Source: the human T2T-CHM13v2.0 reference genome, Homo sapiens
Strand: one strand, 5' to 3'
DNA: 64,000 bases
NCBI RefSeq assembly: GCF_009914755.1
Contig: NC_060926.1
Shown: positions 59,126 through 64,000 of the stretch, in pieces
Position numbering within the stretch: position 1 is the stretch's first letter
Layout: each line of letters begins with the position of its first letter
Made by a program: the position numbers and the translations under genes
Notes under the pieces: model-generated
Database searches by the model: none
Told to the model about the DNA's origin: nothing
What the model saw: only the letters and a program-made list of their open reading frames with translations

Positions 59126-61328
59126 CAAACAACCCTCATCATCCCCACAATGGTCTTCCCCTAAGGTAGAATAAAAATATCACAAGGCAGATTTACGAGG
59201 CGATCGACCTAGAAAAAACCTGAGACTCTAGGACTGTCTGATGTGTGGATGTCAAATCCTGGAAGATTCTGAGTCTCTGCTCTATGTGGACTCTATGTTG
59301 TGTAGCCATTTGTGGAAGGCTTCTGTGATTTTGTGACCTAGAGAAAATGAACCTCTGCTAAAATCAAATCTAAGAAAGATTGGCAAAGGGGATTTAAAGA
59401 TTTCCTAAATTTTTGGAATTTCCCTAGGCATTAAAACATGAGAAGTGGCAATAATTCAAACCAACGATGCCCTCCAAGAATGAGGATTTTTCCAATGCAT
59501 TAGGTTGGGTCCCCTCAGAGAGAAGGATGCCAAAGATTCGCATGCGGGCAGTATATTTACAAAGTGCGGGAAACAAGCAAGTGAGCAAGGGAGGGGAGGA
59601 GGGAAAGGGAAAGTGAAAGGTGCCTCAGAAGGAGCCACCTCTGAGGATGACGAGAGCTCAAGCCCACATACAAACACAGGAAAAATGCCTCTGTTATTCC
59701 ATCTGAGAGGTGAGGGAGCTGCGGGATGTGTACACCTCCCTTGTCATCACTGATTGGCAGCCTTCCTAGGGGATGCTAATTCCAGGCCATGAGGTCTGCC
59801 TCATTTGCAGCCTGAGCTGCTTCCCCAGGTTCAGACAGAGCAGTGAAGGGGAGAAAGGGCCATAGAGAGTCAGCTGAAGTATAATGTCTAGAATCCCCAA
59901 GGCGTAGTAACAATGACTGCTAAAATTATGCACAAAGAAAAAGTGCATTTGAATCCAGAGATGTATCTCTCTGAATCTGGATATATGGATCCTGGCAGCC
60001 TGTTCAGTAGCCATTTCCCAGAGATCCAGTCCTCTGGAAAAGCAGCAGGAGGTTTGTGCACAGGCTGCACTACCTTGGTCTGGCCACTGGTAGTCGTGCA
60101 TGAGAACTACTCCCTGGAGTATTTCTCAGTCCACTGACACTGATGTAATTGGCTCCACTTCCCCTGCTGTTGAGCCAGGCCGACACGCCCTGGGCAAAGG
60201 CATCTGTGTGAAGTATTGAGGTGCAAATCAGTACTTAAGATATGTTTGGAGGCAAAATACTTTTTCATCTACATGGGCAGTGTCTTGGCAGAAGATGGAG
60301 ATTCTCTCTAAATGGATGTGAGACAGGGTGGCTGGCATCTGGGTCAGGATGATGCCCTGGTGCATGGCAAGAACATGCATTGGGCAGCAGCTGCCCTCGC
60401 TAAGGAGAGAGGTTCACTGACCTGGCTTTTCCCCCCTCACCTGCTCTCCAGAAAGCCAGACTCTAGGGCAGATGCTCCTGAGACCCCAGGAACAGGCTGG
60501 TGGGGAGCGCAGCTCAGAGCATTACTCAGGGGATGTGGCCTTTGTCATCCTACTTTGAAACAATTGACTATTTGAGCCTAGATTGATAGAGGGCTTCAAG
60601 TTGATTTTAATCCAGGCTCCTATAGTCCGCGAGTGAAACAGAGATTTTGAAATAATGAGACCTGGTATTACCAGTCAGCTCTCCATGCTGGAGAACCATA
60701 AGAAATTATACCAAAGGCAGGAAAGGGGATAGAATATGGGGATCATCACGCCAAGAATAAGGTGCAGCCCATTTAGCCCCTGGGTCTTAAAGAGACCCAT
60801 AGCTCTGGATAATGGCAGATCTATGCGTGACACAGTTATCATCTTTGTGCATCTTCAGAGAATTGTTTTTCCTTTTACTCCTAGGAACAATGTCTTAAGT
60901 TTGTTAGTAAATTCTATTGAATTTATTAAAGATGCTTCTCATAAATTCTTTTTATATTCATTTCAAGAAAGAAGCAATTTCACACTGACAGAGACATTGT
61001 TATTATAGCACTAAATACTTTTACACTCATCAAATTCCTTTGAGACTAACTGAAATTTCTGACAGCCCCACACTCTATAACTTTATTGTAAATTTTCTGC
61101 CAAAAATGATGCTTTCCTATACACTCCTAATACAAGTATAAATATATTATTTAATCTAGTCTTAGGTTGATTTAAAATTTTGAAAATTCACTCCAAACAT
61201 ATGTTCTGTAACCGTATGGCCACCAATGAGAAGTGTACTGTTTCAAGGTAAATCTGTGCTGCCCTGGTCTGACCTGGGACTCTGGGGATACTGCGCCCGT
61301 GTGCTGAGTTACTGAGATGAGCCGGCCC

Positions 61329-61410
61329 TGCAGCTGTGCTCAGCCTGCCCCATCCCCTGCTGATTTGCCTGTTCCTAGAGCACAGCCCCCTGCCCTGAAG
61401 ACTTCTTATA
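61329..61410 (+). promoter_or_regulatory. Vkappa promoter remnant: pentadecamer/E-box, mutated octamer, TATA-like box
   Basis: tgcagctgtgctcag at 61329-61343, ATTTGCCT at 61363-61370 (consensus ATTTGCAT) and ttata at 61406-61410. Confidence 0.8.
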
Positions 61411-61456
61411 GGCTGCTCACACCCGGTGCAGGAGTCAGCCCCAGTCAGGACACAGC

Positions 61457-61961
61457 ACGGACGTGAGGGCCCCCACTCAGCTCCTGGGGCTCCTGGGGCT
61501 CTGGCTGCCAGGTAAGGAAGGAGAACACTAGGATTATACTCGGTCAGTGTGCTCAGTACTGTCTGGAACTTCAGGGAAGTCCTCTGATAACATGATTAAT
61601 TGCAAGAATATTTGTTTTTATGTTTCTAACTTCAGGTGCCAGATGTGACATCCAGATGACCCAGTCTCCATCCTCCCTGTCTGCATCTGTAGGAGGCAGA
61701 GTCACCATCACTTGCCGGGCGAGTCAGGGCATTAGCAATAATTTAAATTGGTATCAGCAGAAACCAGGGAAAACTCCTAAGCTCCTGATCTATGCTGCAT
61801 CCAGTCTGCAAAGTGGGATTCCCTCTCGGTTCAGTGACAGTGGATCTGGGGCAGATTACACTCTCACCATCAGCAGCCTGCAGCCTGAAGATTTTGCAGC
61901 TTATTACTGTCAACAGAGTGACAGTACCCCTCCCACAGTGTTACAAGTCATAACATAAACC
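61457..61961 (+). pseudogene. IGKV1OR2-1: Immunoglobulin kappa variable subgroup 1 orphon: leader 61457-61511, V exon 61636-61933, RSS
   Basis: Leader reads ACG GAC GTG AGG instead of ATG GAC ATG AGG. The intron is GT-AG. The V exon [23 protein letters not shown]...WYQQKPG...[10 protein letters not shown] is open. It is isolated among non-IGK duplicons. The exact orphon name is uncertain because the family members are near-identical. Confidence 0.92.
61934..61961 (+). other. 12-bp-spacer recombination signal sequence
   Basis: Heptamer CACAGTG (61934-61940), 12-nt spacer ttacaagtcata, nonamer ACATAAACC (61953-61961). Confidence 0.93.
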
Positions 61962-62911
61962 CCAAGGAAGCAGATGTGTGAGGCTGGGCTGCCCCAGTGC
62001 TCCTTCTGGTGCTTCTATCTGCTGAGGGAAGTTCTCAAACTCAGTCAGGTTTGGAAAGTCATTGGGAGATTTTCCTAGAGGAGGCCAGGGAGGTTCCTCT
62101 GAACCCTAAGCCTCTTTTGCCCTCATCCCCAGCAGAAAAGACGTGACAATGCCTGTCCTGACTGAATAAAGAAGAGAGATAAGTCCAGCTGAGGAGTCTG
62201 TGTTATGGGATAATCGGAATTTGTACAGCAAAAGAGAAGCTATTCTCAGTATTTCAAGGAGAAATTATTCAAGTTGAATAAATTAGAGTCTAAACCACAG
62301 TCTTTCTGAAGCCTATGGAGTGTTATTCATGAAGCAGGTACTAGACACAGGGGATTCTCAGGTGCTACTTCAGAAGCCAGGGTGCACCTGCCCCTGGTGG
62401 TATGTGCTGAACACCGTGTGATGATCCTCAGTCTGGTCTGGGAAGCCCAGGGCTGGGGGTGCTGATGTTCTCAGCTGCCTGCAGCACATCTCCAGGTGAT
62501 TCTCCAGTCCACACCTAACTGCATGTGTTTTACTTCAGGTGTCAGTGTACATGAATCCACCACTCTGACTTCCCAATCTCATGACAGTAATTAGTTGTAA
62601 CTTATTGTAACCTCATGGAGCAACTCTAAAGAAACCATAGAGAGAAAAGGAGTTTTGGAAAATGTGCTCCCAGAAGTGATAGTAATGATGGGGAATTGAC
62701 AGCTGATGGGGAAGTAAGGTGACTCTTTCCACAAGGCTCAACATTTTGCCAGTTACGAATTGTTGCAAAATACATTTGAATGTGCTTTCAAGTATTACCA
62801 GTTTGGGGTCATAGCTGAAAAACTTTATTAAGTCACAGATAAAATGGGAAAATCAGGAAATTGTATGAAATACAGAATAACACTGTGTGTGATGGCTCAG
62901 GTCTGTAATCC

Positions 62912-63294
62912 TGTGATAGTTAATACTGATTGTCAACTTGATTACATTGAAGGATGTAAGCATTGCTCCTGGGTGTGTCTGTGAGGGTGTTGCCAAAGGA
63001 GATTAATATTTGAGTCAGTAGTCTGGGGAAGGCAGACCCCCTACTTAATCTATGGGCACCATTTAATCAGCTGTCAGTGAATATAAAGCAGGCAGAAAAA
63101 AGTGAAAAACTGAGTCTGGCCCAGCCTCCCAGCCTACATCTCTCTCCCGTGTTGGATGCTTCCTACCCTTGAACATCGGACTCCAAGTTCTTTAGTTTTG
63201 AGACTCGAGCTGGCTCTCCTTACTCCTCACTCCTCATGCCTGCAGACAGCCTACTGTGGGACCTTGTGATCCTGTAAGTTAATATGTAATAAAC

Positions 63295-63362
<68 letters not shown>

Positions 63363-63409
63363 TTATTAGTTCTGTCCCTCTGTCCCTCTAGAGAACCCTC
63401 ACTAATACA
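62912..63409 (+). mobile_element. MLT2A LTR (5' LTR of HERVL) with an (AT)n tract at 63297-63361
   Basis: tgtgatagttaatactgattgtcaacttgatt...ctagagaaccctcactaataca. Confidence 0.92.
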
Positions 63410-64000
63410 GATTTTGGTACCAGGAATGGTTCTGCAGGAACAGAATATTAAGGTTGGAGTTCTTTTGTTGGTTTTGGGGTTTCTGGATTTGGCTGCTAAA
63501 TATGATTAGATCCCAAAATGCTAAGGACTCTACTTTTAATAGTGTAGAGAATATTGACAGTTCTTGGCATGAAAGGTTTAAAGAGCTATGCAAAACAAAT
63601 TCATTTGACACTAATGAATCATCCCTCGTGAGAGGCAAGGAGTTTAGCGACTCTGTACCTAATACCCTTGACAAACACCTTGCAAAATAGATTTGTGAGG
63701 ACAGCACCTGCATCTTTGAAGAGCCCTGTAAAGGCTCTTCTCTGTATGTCAGATCTAATGGTGAGAACTGCAGTCACTCAGTTACAAAAGTTAAATACAA
63801 TTTGGAATAATTGGATCCTGAAGTGGCAGGGGCCAAGTGGTAGCACTCAACCCTCAAAGGCACGGTGGGCGTAGCTACCGTAATGGGCAGAAAAGACAAA
63901 GCAGCAATCTGAACAGTCTGACTCATGTAGAGCTCTGGCATTGGCTAACTAATCACAGTGTTCCTAGAAGTGAAACTGACAGGAAGACTAATGCATTCCT
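63410..64000 (+). mobile_element. HERVL internal region (PBS plus decayed gag), running off the window
   Basis: gattttggtaccagg follows the LTR directly. The gag-like peptide NMIRSQNAKDSTFNSVENIDSSWHERFKELCK is present. Confidence 0.9.

Overview
Human (hominoid) pericentromeric segmental-duplication mosaic with no intact protein-coding gene. In order, all on the + strand: (1) about 1-12 kb, intronic DNA plus one Ig-domain exon of an unprocessed IGSF3 pseudogene with a premature TAG; (2) about 12-26.5 kb, a GC-rich, Alu-dense partial copy of GGT1 with several 5'UTR exons, the first coding exon (W25*), two later coding exons, two internal exons missing and the 3' half absent; (3) an abrupt Alu/L1PA3 junction at about 26475 into a ~26 kb AT-rich block of old LINE/LTR/Alu repeats containing a 630-bp polypurine tract; (4) a 1.4 kb CpG-dense, strand-asymmetric (GCCGCGGCTTTTTGCCCCC)n satellite with an embedded (CCG)13; (5) an IGKV1 orphon with an open V exon and intact 12-RSS but a mutated octamer and both leader ATGs lost, followed by MLT2A/HERVL. 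From memory, this order best fits IGSF3P2-GGT8P-IGKV1OR2-1 at chr2p11; this was not verified by alignment and close paralogs exist. Repeat subfamily calls are by eye and their ends are approximate. I found no convincing new protein-coding system. The best leads are the duplicon junctions, the CpG satellite, a possible IGSF3P-GGTP chimeric transcription unit and the RSS-intact orphon.
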